Below, piece by piece: positions 1 through 13,570 of a DNA stretch of 64,000 nt (position 1 is its first letter; every line of letters begins with the position of its first letter). Made by a program: the position numbers and the translations under genes. Below the pieces are notes generated by a model. That model had not been told where the DNA came from. It was given only the letters and a program-made list of their open reading frames with translations, and searched no databases. This DNA is from the human T2T-CHM13v2.0 reference genome, Homo sapiens, in the NCBI RefSeq assembly GCF_009914755.1, contig NC_060934.1; one strand, 5' to 3'.

Positions 1-189
1 AAAATGAAGAAGTAGAAGTGGGTTTATTGACTATCCCTTCCAATGATCCACTAATGCATTTTTTTAAAAATAAACATATGCATTGAGTCAATTCCCAGAA
101 ATTTATCATTTTTGTCATGTTTATAAAGTTTTATCATTGCAGTTTGGAGAAAGATTTTGCCAAGCTCCTCGCAGAAATGTTGCTCTGCT

Positions 190-1190
190 TTTACATTTCT
201 AAAGGAAAATTATTTTGAAACTATATTTTTGTAAACAGCCAAACTATCAATCAAATGTGAAGGCAAAATAAAGATTTTTTAAGGTATTTATAGAAGAAAT
301 GTTTTATCCACAAACTCTAAGCAAATTACTTGGTGATGAATTCAAGAAACACAAAGGATTACATTTAGAAAGAAGACATAAGGTACAATGAATACAACTG
401 AAGAGAGTTGTGGAAAAAATGATGAATCATGAATGGATAAACCTGTGGAAAGCCTCAGAAAGTAACAAATCTAGACCAGAAATGAACGTGAGAGGTGGTG
501 GAGAGAAGGATCTGTGCAGAGAATATCGTGTGACACAGATTTGTTAAATTTAAGGATATGTCAAAGGAAAATAGCACAAAAAGAGAAATGTATGTTCAAA
601 TTTAAGGATCAACAAAATTAAACAAGAGTAGTATATATTATCAGGTATCATTTCACATTACAATAAAACTCTGATCACAATAATATAAAAAGTTATTGAT
701 TTTCAATTTTGACAGTTCAATTATATACAAAATTAGAAAATATAACTATGTTAGATTTGGGGAAGAAGTATTGCATGAGAGCTAAAATAATTATTAATGA
801 AAATGATAAAGACACTTATTTTATAATTATTAGAATAAAATAAATGTTTCAGGAATATTACTTATCAATGGGAGGAACTAAAAATAATATTTTAGGAGGA
901 AAGGAAGGGAAGTCAAGGAAAATATATGTCACTTAACTAAATCTACATCGAAATAATTTGTCCACTGCATAGTATGTAACATTCAAATAACAACCAAAAA
1001 AAAAAAACCCAAAAAATTACAGAAGCATAAACAAGAATATACACTTAAAGAACTAAATGCAGTATTCTGGGGAGTGGAACTGGGAATCAGGTAGAGTGGG
1101 CAAAGGATTGGTACTTTTTACTATAAGGCTTTTTGTATTTGATATTAGAGTATTATGTTTTCAAAAATGTGTACACATGTTTTAATAATC
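190..1190 (+). mobile_element. HAL1-type ancient L1-related element (ORF1 3' end and 3' region)
   Basis: ORF1 C-terminal-like motif AGCCAAACTATCAATCAAATGTGAAGGCAAAATAAAGA and HAL1-like 3' end (CTGGGGAGTGGAACTGGG...ATAAGGCTTTTTGTA...); highly diverged. Confidence 0.6.
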
Positions 1191-1284
1191 AACGGTTGTA
1201 AAGCAACCAAAATTAACTAAATTTAGAAGAGGCATACTGTCTAAAAAATATATCAATGAATGTTAAAATTGTGTCTGAGATTAC

Positions 1285-1430
1285 TCTAGCGGTTAGGAGC
1301 ACAGTGTTTGAAACCATGCTACCTATGATGAGTCCAGGTTCTGCCATTTAGTGGTGTGACTATGTTCACATCATGTTAAATAAGTTATTGCAGTGAGTAA
1401 AGGAAAAAAAACACACAAATATGTAAGATT
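1285..1430 (+). mobile_element. MIR fragment
   Basis: AGCGGTTAGGAGCACAG...AGTCCAGGTTCTGCCATTTAGTGGTGTGAC resembles the MIR 5'/core region. Confidence 0.5.
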
Positions 1431-1604
1431 TAGAAAAAGAAAGGATGATTTAAAAGCAAACCTTTTAAAACAAATTGTTATTGCTAAATAATAATTTTCT
1501 TTTCCTTTTCCTGGTCACGTGTGTGTCGTTATTTATCCTATTATCCTATTCCTTCTATTAAGAGTTTTTGTGTCTACTTTTACTGAAGGATGTTTTCTAG
1601 TGAC

Positions 1605-1896
1605 TTTTTTTTTTGAGGCGGAGTCTTGCTCCGTTGCCCAGGCTGGAGTACAGTGGTGCTATCTCCACTCACTACAACCTCTGCCTTCCAGGTTCAAGGG
1701 ATTCTCCTGCCTCAGCCTTCTGAGTAGCAGGGATTATAGGCGCCCATCAGAACACCCAGCTAAATTTTGTAGTTTTAGTAGAGATGGGGTTTCACCATGT
1801 TGGCCAGGCTGTTCTCGAACTCCTGACCTCAAGTGATCTGCCCACCTCGGCTTCCCAAAGTGCTGGGATTACAGGTGTGAGCCACCATGCTCGGTG
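1605..1896 (-). mobile_element. AluS (Sz/Sx-like), full length
   Basis: poly-T then full Alu dimer; GATCACTTGAGGTCAGGAGTTCG on minus strand; TSD GTT(T/C)TCTAGTGA at 1592-1603 and 1897-1908. Confidence 0.95.
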
Positions 1897-1905
1897 GTTC
1901 TCTAG

Positions 1906-2229
<324 letters not shown>

Positions 2230-3089
2230 TCTCTAGTGATTTTTAAAGATTTCTTTAAGAGCTAGTTCATAATAAGCCTAGTCTTTTTGCCACAACTTGT
2301 AAACAATTTGTGATTGCTAATACAGTATAAGTCGTCGACAGGAGTTTTGGGGCTTCTGAATTAAAATTAACACACTAATGATGATTATCTTTCAGTTAGG
2401 CCTGTGAATAAAATGGCTGTTCAGCAAAGTAGACGCTGTTGTTAAATATACTCCTCTTACTGACAATGGTGCTGTGATAGCTTTTAAATGACAGGAATCA
2501 ACCTAAGAGTACACTGAGATAAAGGAATGGTAGAATAAAATGTGAAGAAACAATTAAAATGGAGCTTCTGTTAAGTTATTAATACACTGTAAGATTTGGA
2601 ATAATTTCAGAAATATATTTAGGTAATGCTGTAAGTGGAGAGGATTAATTTTCTCATAATAATTTCAATTCAGATAGCTGACTTTGTCAGTGAAACTGAC
2701 AATGCTTCTAATATTCTGTGATCTCTGCATCTCACAGAGACTTACAATAAAGACTAAGTTTAATTGTAACTTTTTTTCCCTCTGACCTGGACATATTTTT
2801 ATAAATTCGTACTGTAATCAATTTCAGATATAAGTGCAATACTATGCATTTCAATATTCTACTCCTTTAATCCTGATCCATTGTCCTTAAAATAACCTTG
2901 GCAGCTTTTGCTTATTTTCCTTCTAAATATTTTTTCCCCAGGAGCTTCTTTGTCCCTTAATATAAATAGACTTCTAGTGTCTGTTTCATCAGTGTACCAG
3001 ACACATCCAGACATACTGACATTCTGATGTAAAAACAGGTTACACTCATATTCACATGCTGCAAACAATTGTGCTCATGCGTTCTACCA

Positions 3090-3180
3090 TAGAGGGTTAT
3101 CATAAAATTTAAAGGAATAGAATATGTGAAAGCATTTTAAAAACTATGAACTATATACACTGTGAGGAATTATCATTTAA
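3090..3180 (+). mobile_element. MIR 3' remnant
   Basis: AGGGTTATCATAAAATTTAAAGGAATAGAATATGTGAAAGCATTTT. Confidence 0.45.
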
Positions 3181-4879
3181 TTAATTAATTTAATTTTGAT
3201 GCTTTAAGAAACGAATCCATCTTTCCAATACTGATGTTTGAGTATTGGTAAGGACAGGGCATTACTTGGCTTGTAAGTTACTGGCCAAAACTGAAAGAAA
3301 GATTCAAGATTTCAAACTTAAATTACTTGTGGCAATAAGTGTGAAATAGACTGAGGCTCTCTTTTCAAGCCATGATAAATATGCATAGGAGAGTATATTT
3401 TTCCTTCTCTCTCCTCTCACAGATCAGGCATAAAATGGATACAGGCATGTTGATAGGCATCTGTTTAGGCTACAAGGTTGCCAAAAACTATGAAACAATT
3501 CTTGACAAAATTCTGTCAACTGAGTAATTTAAGGCTGTCCACATTTCAGAAATTTTATCTGTAAGAAATTTGTCGACACTGCATGGATGATGGCTGTAGT
3601 CACTGCTTCCTTTTACTGTGCAGTGATTTGGACAGTAATGGACAGACTGGTTTGAGGCCTCTACATTTTTGGTAGTATAATATATGGCAATCATAAATTG
3701 CTCAAAAAGGGCAATATAAAACCAGCTTTCAGATTTCAATAACTGAGGTCAGTTTGACATTTAGAGACAGTGGGCTTGTTGATGGCAAGTCTGCATACTT
3801 TTGCATGATTTTAAATATAAAGTAAGTCACTCAGCAAACAGAAAATAAGAGTCAAGCAAAAATAAAATTTTCTGCTTGACTGAAGAGGATGATAAGAGTT
3901 TATATATTTATTATTCTGGAGATTATTTAAAGATTAGTTTTAATTAAGATGAGGTGAAAGGAAAATTAGACAAAATAACATTAAAAAAATTTTTCAACAC
4001 TAAGAAAGTATAGGAGACCTAAAGCCATTTTGTGTTGCATTTCCAGTGAATTGCCTCATTTCAGGAAACCATCTTTGTATTATATTGTCTTCAAAACTAG
4101 GGGCCTTAAATATAAGCATTTATACATGCCCTGTCTCCTGCAGACATCCCTCTTGCCTTCCTTACTTGCTACCAGATAATCTTATTTTTAACCTTAGACC
4201 TTAAGTGTGTTGCTAGCATGATGCACAATACCCTGTGAATCTGGCTTCTTGGTACCAATTCTTTTGATTGTTCTAGTCTTCACTCCCTTTAATGTGTTCG
4301 GTGCCCCACTAGATTGCTTGATTGTCAGTAAAGTGCCATTACCTCTGTTTGGTGTCTTGATCCACCTGGAAATTTTATGTAAGAAATTGAGTTTAAAATT
4401 TTAAGTAAAAAGTGAAAATAACATAAGATGAAAAGAAATTAATCACTTTGCAGTATCATAAAACAAGAATGAAATTAAAATTAATAAAAGGAGTCTGCAC
4501 TAAACTAAGAAAGTAACATTTGATCACAGTTACTTCCTCATCATTTCTCTCCTTTTCACCCTTGCTGCTTAGAGAAGATAAGGTCTTTGCAGAGGAAGGG
4601 AGAAAAATAGTATTCATTATATCTGAAATATATGAAATTCTGTTATGTGATTTATCATAGTATTTATTGTTGTTTTTTGTTTTTAACTTTTAATAAGCCA
4701 AAGTAGCAATGCAAAACCTAGAATGAGAAAAGCCTACCTAAACCAGTAAGAAAGAACATAGTCAATGTTAGGGAGACAGTAATTTATTCTTACAAAATGA
4801 GCTGACCTATTGACTGGCATTGGAAAGCAGCTGTAGTAAACTGCAGTTCCCTGGTGTTTGCACTAAATTACAAGTAAAA

Positions 4880-5025
4880 ATATTTGGGTTCCAGGTCTAC
4901 CTGTTATTAATTAGCTTGGGGCAACTCAGTCGCTTTAGGAATTGACACAATATACACATTTAATCTGTAAGTAAGAGGTTGGAGTGAATGAGTTCCAAAG
5001 TTTTTTATAGCTCAGCAAAATTGTT
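4880..5025 (+). mobile_element. MIR3-like fragment
   Basis: TGGGTTCCAGGTCTA...ATCTGTAAGTAAGAGGTTGGAGTGAATGAGTTCCAAAG. Confidence 0.45.
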
Positions 5026-5637
5026 TAATTTTGAGGAATTAGTTTTAAAATATGACTGGTATTAAAACTAAGATCTTTCCAGTTTCCTAATCCTGTTATT
5101 TTCAACAAGTCAGACATTACAATAATATAACTTTCATATCTTTTATGCCCATACAGAAGTTGTGATTAGCTCACAGCCTCTGCCCAGCTGGTGTTGTCAA
5201 ATAAAGGTTTATTCTATCAGGTGGGGCAGGGTGTGTTGGAGGGGGCAATGAAGACAGAAATGAAATTAAACCTTCAAATTATATTATTCTTAAGGCCCAG
5301 TCTCTTTGGAGCAGGTGTATAAAGTGGAAACCAACCAATTTGGAGATTCTTAGAATCTTTATGATTGTCTTAGAAGTCCCAGCCAGGCTTAAAACTTAGA
5401 ATTGTCTCTAATGATATTTTAGGGGAGTGTACATACGCTAGCAGGTAGGCCCAGACAGCAATGATTCTGGACGGATTTGAATTTGCAATTGGATTCCCAA
5501 ACTCTAGGATACTAGCTGTCACTCTCTATCATTTCGTTATCCTTGTAATTAAACAACCGCAAATCTTCTGCAAATGAATTTTGATTTCCACTGCCACAAG
5601 GTGATAGAGTTTTACTTTACTCATTTGGAGAGTCATC

Positions 5638-6025
5638 TGTTTTGGATGTTGAAATGTGACCTCCAATGTTGGAGAAGGGCCTAGTGGAAGGTGTTTGGGT
5701 CATGGAGGAAGACCTCTCATGAATGGCTTTGTGCTATCCTTGCAGTAATGAGTGAATTGTCACACTTAGTTCACAAAACAGCTGGTTGTTTAAAAGAGCC
5801 TGGAACCTCCTCAGCTTTTTCTTGCTCCCCCTCTTGCCATGTGACACACTGGCCCCCCTTTACCTTCTGCCATGATTATAAACCTCCTGAGGCCCTCACT
5901 AGAAGCAGATGCTAGCAGCATGCTTCTCATACCACCTGCGGAACTGTGAGCCAAAATAAACCGATTTTCTTTATAAATTACCCAGATTTAAGTATTCCTC
6001 TATAAGAACTCAAAAAACTAACACA
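5638..6025 (+). mobile_element. MSTB solo LTR (ERVL-MaLR)
   Basis: Typical MST body (GGTGTTTGGGTCATGG...GAAGCAGATGC...AATAAA...ACTAACACA end). Confidence 0.88.
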
Positions 6026-6260
6026 GAGGTGTACAAACTATTTTTCAAGGAACGTAAGTTATACTTTAATGTTGGCAGTGTTCTCAAGAGCAGGTTAGTG
6101 TGCTACAACAAAGGCTGAATTACTTAACGAAAGTGAAAAAAATGCAGCCTAGTGAAAATGTGTAATGTTCTGTAGAACTAGAATGCTATGTTTCATTGAA
6201 GAGTTCAGTATAAGAACCTTTCTCTGTTTCTGACTTTCTTTTTACTGCTGCTATTCTAAA

Positions 6261-6575
6261 TTTTTTTTTTTTTTTTTTTTTTTTTTTGAGATGGAGTCTT
6301 GCTCTGTCGCCCAGGCTGGAGTGCAATGGTGCAGTCTTGGCTCACTGACACCTCTGCCTCCTGCGTTCAAGCGAAAGCAATTCTCCTGCCTAAGCCTCTC
6401 GAGTGGCTGGGATTACAGGCACCCACCACCATACCTGGCTAATTTTTGTACTTTTAGTAGAGATGGGGTTTCTCAATATTGGCCAGGCTGGTCTCGAACT
6501 CCTGACCTCACGTGATCTGCCCGCCTCGGCCTCCCAAAGTGCTGGAATTACAGGGGTGAGCCACTGCACCCAGCC
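6261..6575 (-). mobile_element. AluSx-like, full length
   Basis: 27-nt poly-T, full dimer, small internal insertion AAGCGAAAGCAA. Confidence 0.95.
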
Positions 6576-6724
6576 CTAATACTTCTAGTCTTGACTCAAG
6601 TATACCTGCAACTCTCCAAACTCCTGTGATTTGGGGCTAATATAAGAATCACCTGTCACTAGTTCCATTGAATAAATTTTTTGTAGGAAGAAGCGTCGAA
6701 AGGCTTTCAGAGAACCATCAGTCA

Positions 6725-6900
6725 AGGCATGGACTGGTATATGGTGTACCTTAAAATTACCAGGGAAGCATCTTATAATTTTGATTTCCTGGAAAGCATT
6801 GCAGAACTACTAATAAAGAAATTGTGTGCAGGGCAACAAAATGTTTATTCTATACAAGTTACTCACCGTCTATATTACTCATAAAATTGATAACAACTGC
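6725..6900. mobile_element. MER5-family hAT-Charlie MITE, diverged
   Basis: AATTACCAGGGAAGC...GATTTCCTGG...AGAACTACTAATAAAGAA...TTGATAACAACTGC follows the MER5 layout. Confidence 0.5.
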
Positions 6901-7299
6901 TCATAAGAAAAACAAAATTGTGATTTTAATTAAACTTATTTCTGTGTTGGGATTGTTGGTGCCATGATTTTTACCCACTAAACTTCAATTTTGAACCCTA
7001 GAAATATTCCCTACCTTGAGTTCTTCACCCTGTAGAATTTTCACTTTTTTCTGGTGTACACACATTTTAAAGTTTCAGATTAAAAAATAACTATCAATTG
7101 TATTTATTTTGTAAGAAAAGTGTTAAAATAAATACTGTGAAATGATATTTAGAATAAATTCTTTGTTGAAAGAAAAAACATAGAAGTAAAATTTTTATAA
7201 AGAAATGAGTACAACTCTGTTATGTTAAATGGAAATTAGGAATAGTGGTAGGAAATCTTTATAGTTACTTTAGTTTTTAGATATGTATTTCATAATTTT

Positions 7300-8800
7300 G
7301 GATACTAAAATGATTACCAGGAAGCAACTTCCAGTAATGATGTGCATTATTACCAGATATATTTTTGTCTCTCAATTCCATTCTCAAATATAAGAAATTA
7401 ATATTCTTTGGGAAAAAATGTTAAATTTAAGTCTGAGGCAGGAAAGAAACACACAAAATTGGAACTAGAACGTAAATTTTTGACCAAAAAGCACCATATC
7501 AAAGACTGATGAGTCATAACCAAAATGATAGGGTGGCAGGTCTGAAGAGAATCTTATAGGGCAAATACATGATCATTAGAGTAACAAAAATAAGAACAAA
7601 AATTGTTTAATCTCCTAATGACTACTGCAGTTGATTGAGACACATAAATTATCTAAAAGTCCAATAGTTCAAAATAAGTTTAAAAAATAATAATTTGACA
7701 CTATTTAAAATAGCTAGTGTACCAAATATCTACTTCGAAAATTGATAAATTAAAGAACAGGAATTTTTCTGATTCAGTTTTCTGTAAAAATTCTGAGTTT
7801 TGTAAAAGTAGGAAAATATATCATAAAATTGCTTTTTAAATACCCCTCAAGATATAATTGATGCAGTCAACAATTATCAAACAGATATTAAAACCATTAC
7901 TTGAAAACTTGTTTGGTGACTGGATATTCACAAGACATTAATGTATTACCATGGTAATTATTTGTTCATTATAAAGGGAAAACAAAAAATGTGCACCTGT
8001 GGGTTCAAGCTGTCACAACTTGAACCTGGTGACCCATCACTAAGAGTGGACTTTTAGTGCTTCATGATATAATGTAAAATGAAATAGAAGCATCATACTA
8101 TGGTCTTGCAATAAGGCTGAAAAAAAATACTGAGGCCTTTGCCTCTAGTTTTCAGTTCACAGGAAACAGAATAAATATTTAAAAAAAAAAAGATTAACCT
8201 ATCCATAAGGAAGCAATAGTATTTGTAGAGTTCTGAACATTATGAAGGAAACCTGATCTTATTCCTCTGATAAGGCAATGAAGTTGGATTAGAAAAGATT
8301 TATAACCGGTAAATCTATTCTTAAAAAATCTTATCTATCAGGGTTGGGGGGCTAGGAGAGGAATAGCATTAGGAGAAATACCTAATGTAGATCACGGGTT
8401 GATGGATGCAGCAAACCACCATGGCAGGTGTATACCTATGTAACAAACCTGCACATTCTGCACATGTACCCCGGAACTTGTCTTATTGTTTCAATTAAAC
8501 AAATGATAAAAATACTATTTTGTTTTACCTGTCAATGTGAAAGTGAGTTGAGCATTAGATAAAATTAAGAAACTTTCAAATTTCCATTATTGAAAAACAA
8601 TTCTTTCTTTAAAAAGCTGCATACTGACGATCCATGATGACAGTTCTTGATTCAAATACTTTGGTAAATCAGAAATAAACAAATTAAACATGGTGCATGT
8701 TAAACATCATTCAATCTTGATGATGTGGGTATTAAGATTCATTAAAATAATCTCTTTTATATATACATATATTTTAAACCTTTAGGAAAATTTAATTTAA
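7300..8800 (+). mobile_element. L1MC-type 3' region (L1MC4/5-like), interrupted by an L1PA piece
   Basis: GTCTGAGGCAGGAAA, ATCAAAGACTGATGAGTCAT, CTGGATATTCACA and GCTGTCACAACTTGAACC motifs of L1MC 3'UTR. Confidence 0.65.
8335..8480 (+). mobile_element. L1PA7-like 3'UTR fragment without poly-A tail
   Basis: ATAGCATTAGGAGAAATACCTAATGTAGAT...GCAAACCACCATGGCA...CACATGTACCCCGGAACTT. Confidence 0.9.
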
Positions 8801-9914
8801 AAGACATTTTAAGGCATATTCAGTGATCTTTTAATTACTACATTTTGGTTAAATTTGGCCTCCTTTTGACTACCTAAATTATAAAGCCAAAATGTTTATC
8901 TATAATTCAGATTTCATCTTTGCTCTACACTGCTATGGGTTTAACCAACCAATTCTAATCCACAGTCTACTTTTTATAATTCACAAAAAGTAATAGTACA
9001 ATGAAAAATTTCGTAAATTTTTCCTGTAATTTGTTTGAATTTCTGGATACCACTGGTTAAGATAAATCACATTTGTAGTAGTTGCTATTGCTTGATTTTT
9101 TTTTAAGTCTAAATTTTTGACTTATGTCTTAACATGGATGCCTTTCATTAGGGAGATAAAGTAACTTTTTACCCAAGCAAAGTCAACTCAAATATAAAGT
9201 AGTAGTGCCCTAAAAATAATTAAAATAACTATTGCTTTAAAATACTTATATAATTTTAATACAGATTTATTATATTGTTAGAATAATTAAATAATATTCA
9301 AAAATTATTTTTATAAATATAAATATTTAAATAATATATCTATACTTTACAAAAAATATAATATTGTCATTTTGAATATCTAAACATCAAAAAGCCAATA
9401 GTCATTCTTTGTATATAGTCCCATATTGTCTCTCAAAAGTGAACTGTTGATGTTTATCTGAGTAAGTAATTTTTCTAGTATATTGTTATCAGTTTTAATT
9501 TTTTCACACAATTAAAACACTTCTTTAAATTTGCATTTTGTGGTCAACATATTTGAAATTGTTGTCATTCTAATCAACACTTCTCAATTGATCATAATAT
9601 ATTTTTTGAGCAAATACTCCTTCTTTCGGAGCCAAGGTAACTAGGAAGATTAGATCAAATCTGCTAACAAATAGGCATTATCAGTTTTACAAATAGAATG
9701 CATAAATATTTTATCTGAAATATTTAAATAGACACTATTCCTTAGACTGAATTGAGAATTTTTTTAACAAAAGAAAAAAAACTAATAAAATTAGTAATTT
9801 CATTTCTCGTTTAGTGAATTTTAGCAAAATTATTATGGGATGAAATCACTGGTCTTCTGTTTTCTATTAAAGACTAGAATATAACCTATCTGATTAAAAA
9901 TAAGAGTTCTGATT

Positions 9915-10660
9915 GTCACTTCAAGAATGGCAATGGGAGGAGTTCTGCAGACAGACATGCTCCCTAGTGAAACAGACATAAATTGTGAAAAATAAAGATA
10001 AAAGAATATTTGAAGTCTCTTGAAATGGTCTTAAGGGCAAATTACAAATAAAAAAAATTATTCAAGAAAATCTACTAATATTCACTAGGTGCACTGAGAA
10101 TCTGTGGCATTTGAACTGGAACCTACTCCTTTTCTCCTATAGCCCCTCAACCCCAGTATAATGGATTTTAACTCTTAATAAGTACATCCAGAATATGGGA
10201 TTTCTTCTCTCACCTTACATCTGAAGGCTATGGTATATTCCTGGTAAGGGTGGGACATCAGTATTCTCATTCCCTTCCTACCCCAGCTACCTGATACAGA
10301 GGCAATTCCAGGAGAGTTTGGCCAAGAGGTTGGAGGCTCCCTTCTTCCACTAGATCTCACTCATAAATGAGGTCTTTGCCACAGAAGCGTGCTGATAATA
10401 TTTGTGCCCAACTGCTCCCACCTACCTCATTCATAGAGTAGAGCTTCCATTCTTCTTTACATAAAGATAAAGGCAAATAAAAATGCCCAGAGGTTGCCAT
10501 TCCTAACCAGAGCTCTTCCAAAGTAGCAGTGGACTCAAAGAAACAGGTCACTATTCCTGGCATCAGCTCCAGGTCCATAGCTCAGAGACTTTGTCTAAGT
10601 GGAGATGCAGGCCATATAAACAGAGAACTCTAAAGCTCTCCTGAATTTGAACCAGTCTGT
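9915..10660 (+). mobile_element. Old L1M (MC/MD-type) 5'UTR, first part
   Basis: CACTTCAAGAATGGC...AAGTCTCTTGAAATGGTCTTAAGGGCA...TTCAAGAAAATCTACTAA is typical of L1M 5' ends. Confidence 0.55.
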
Positions 10661-10664
10661 GGGA

Positions 10665-12880
10665 GAAAAGAGGCCAAAGCAGGATGACAGAACAGGCCCC
10701 CTCCAGTGATTGTCCCTCCACAGAAATGTAATTTGAGAAACTCTCCGTGTCCCCAAATATCTTCACAATAGCTAAGAGAACCAGGTGAGAGATAACAGCA
10801 CCTGATTATAGCACAATGATAAAAGACACATTGAAGAGGGCAGGAAGGACAGTTTTACATTACCACACAGACCCTCTCCCAACCCCAGACAGCACAGTGC
10901 AGAAAGAGATACCATCCACTTGAGAGAGAAAGAGCAAAGTAGGCATAGAATTTTATCTGAAAAATCCCATATTGGGCCCTTGATAGTAAAACCTAGCACT
11001 AGGCATTACCCCATGACTCTTGACTCCAAGGTAGTAACCACAGACTGAGCATCTAAACCCATTCTGACACCAGACAAGAATATATAACTCCTGTGAGAAA
11101 AACGTTAGTTATAGCTTGCATCACTACTGGCTGACTATAGTGGCCTTGGGCTTCAAATAACTCACAGCAACAGGCTGGCCTCAGCAGCCATGAGTTTTGA
11201 GTATACACCAGTGCTGTGCCTGTCTTAGCAGCCAAAATATTGTTCAGTCCAGCATTGTTCCAGTTATGATGGTCTTGGGTTTAGGGCTTCCACTAGCTAG
11301 CACTACAAGAAATGCAGTGGTCAGGGCTTAGGGACAACACTAGATGACCTACTCAGAATCTCAGGATGGGCTTACTATTGAAGGATGTTCCTCAACAAAC
11401 CTAGAGTGCAAAGAATGGAGCAAGTACCTACTTCTTCAATGTGCAAGGATAAACACGTGACAAGGATTTAGAACAATCAAGAAGACATGACATCATCAAA
11501 TGGACAAAATAAGGTACCAGTCACCAACCTTAAAGATATGGAAATTTATAAACTGTGTGACAAAGTATTCAAAGTATCTGTCTTAAGAAAGCTAAAAAAT
11601 CTGTGAGAACATATAAACAATTAGAAAACATAGGTAAAACAAGTGATGAGAATAAGAAATTTAAGAGAGACTAAAATAATAATTAAAAGAAATCGAATAG
11701 AAATCCTGGAGTTGAAAAAATAAATGAACAAAGTGAAAAATGTAATAGTATTAACAGCAGAATTGATCAAGAGGAAAAAATTCTATAAGCTCAAAGACAG
11801 GTTATTTGAAAACATACAGCCAGGGGATAATAAAATGAAAAAATGAAGAAAGCTTATGGGATTTATGAGATAGTATTAAAGGAGAAAATGTATGAGTGAT
11901 TGGTGTGCAAGAGTGAATGGAGAAAGATAAAGGGATAGAAAACTTATTTCAAAGAATAATAGCACAAAAAAATCAAACCAGGAAAAAGATATAAATATCC
12001 AGGTACAGGAAGGTCAAAGGTTTCCAATGAGATACAATCCAAATAAGACTACTCCAAGACATATTATAATCGAATTGTCAAAGCTGAAAGAAAAAGAGTG
12101 AATCTTCAAAGCGACAAGATAAAATGCGCAAATAAATGGAGTTCAAATGTGCCTGTAGCAGACTTCTCAGTAGAAACTTTACATGCCAGGAGATAAGATA
12201 GTAGGATGATTTATTCATGGTGCTGAAGGAAAAAAAATAAAATCTATGCCAGTGAAGAATATGGTACTGAGCAAAGCTGTCCTGCAGAAGTGAAGGAAAA
12301 ATAAAGACTTTCCAGGAAAAACAAAAGATGGAGATTTTCATCACCATCAGAACTGTCTTATAAAATATGCTAAAGGTAGTACTTCAAGCTAAAAGAAAAG
12401 AAGGCTAATGAGTTTAGCCTAATGAGTTAGCCTAAAAGAAGGCTAATGAGTTTCATGTTGTTTTTACAACACAAAAACATGTAAAAATATAAAAGTCACT
12501 GGAAAAGGTAAGGACACATTCAAATTCAGAATTCTCTAATACTGTAATGGTGGTGTGTAAATCACTTACAATTTTAGGATGAAGGTTAAAAGACAAATCT
12601 ATTAAAGATAATAATAAGTACAATAATTTGTTAAACGCTATGCAATATTAAAAGGAGTAAATTGTGACGTCAAAATTGAGGACCAAGTGAAAACAGAGTT
12701 TGTTTTTTTTTTTCTATGAAAGTTAGGTTGTTAAGCACTTAAAAAACTTGATATTACTATGTTTTCTGTGAGCATCATGGTAATCATGAAGCAAAATCTG
12801 TAACAAATACCCTAAAAACCAAAAGGAAGAAACAAAATATACTTCCAGAGAAATCACTTAATTATAAAGGAAAATTGCAA
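10665..12880 (+). mobile_element. L1M (MA-type) 5'UTR, decayed ORF1 and inter-ORF region
   Basis: ORF1 remnants (AAATATCCAGGTACAGGAAGGTCAAAG, ACTACTCCAAGACATATTATAATC, GCAGACTTCTCAGTAGAAAC, GAAGGAAAAATAAAGACTTTCC) with many stops. Confidence 0.8.
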
Positions 12881-12884
12881 ACAC

Positions 12885-13570
12885 TCTCTAGTTACAGGAG
12901 CCAGAATAAAAATGGATCAATCTGTGAAGTTATTTATGTGCCAGATCATTGTTGAAAACAATAGAGCAATCAGCATGTAATTAATGGAGCTTAATAGCTC
13001 TATGTAATTAGGAAAGAGACAAAGAGAACCCTGACAAACCACTGTTATCTCAAGGTGACAGTGTACACACCCAAGGTTGTACCATCATTAAAATAGTTCT
13101 GTCAGTCACTAAACAAATACACAAGTGAACAACAGTAACAAGCTGTGGGGAAGGGTGAAAAGAGTATAGAGTGTTGCTACAATATATTACGGAAAATATC
13201 TAAATTTCAACAACAAAAAATGATGATTTATGCAAGAGACAAGAAAGTAGAAACCATATGAAAGAAAGGAAATAAACAAAGCAGGCAATAGAAACTGTGA
13301 GAGGGACCAGATGTTGGATTTAGCAGACAAAAAACTTTCAAAGTAGTAATCATAAATATTTTCAAAGAACTAAATCACATCCTTAAGAACATAAAGGAAG
13401 TCATGATGGCAATGTCTCAATAAATAAACAATATAAATAAATATATAGAAATCATAATAAGAACCAAATAGAAATTCTGGAGTTGAAAAGTACAACTGAA
13501 TTGAATAAACAATTTACTAGGCTCAATAATGGGTTTGACCTGGCAGAAGACAAAAATTAGTCAACAAACA
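12885..13570 (+). mobile_element. Old L1M 5'UTR continuation and ORF1 start
   Basis: CATTGTTGAAAACAATAGAGCAATCAGC; CAGATGTTGGATTTAGCAGACAAA; GAACCAAATAGAAATTCTGGAGTTGAAAAGTACA. Confidence 0.7.

Noticed and set aside
1-60. Possible ERVL internal fragment at the window edge
   Set aside because: Match too short and diverged to support
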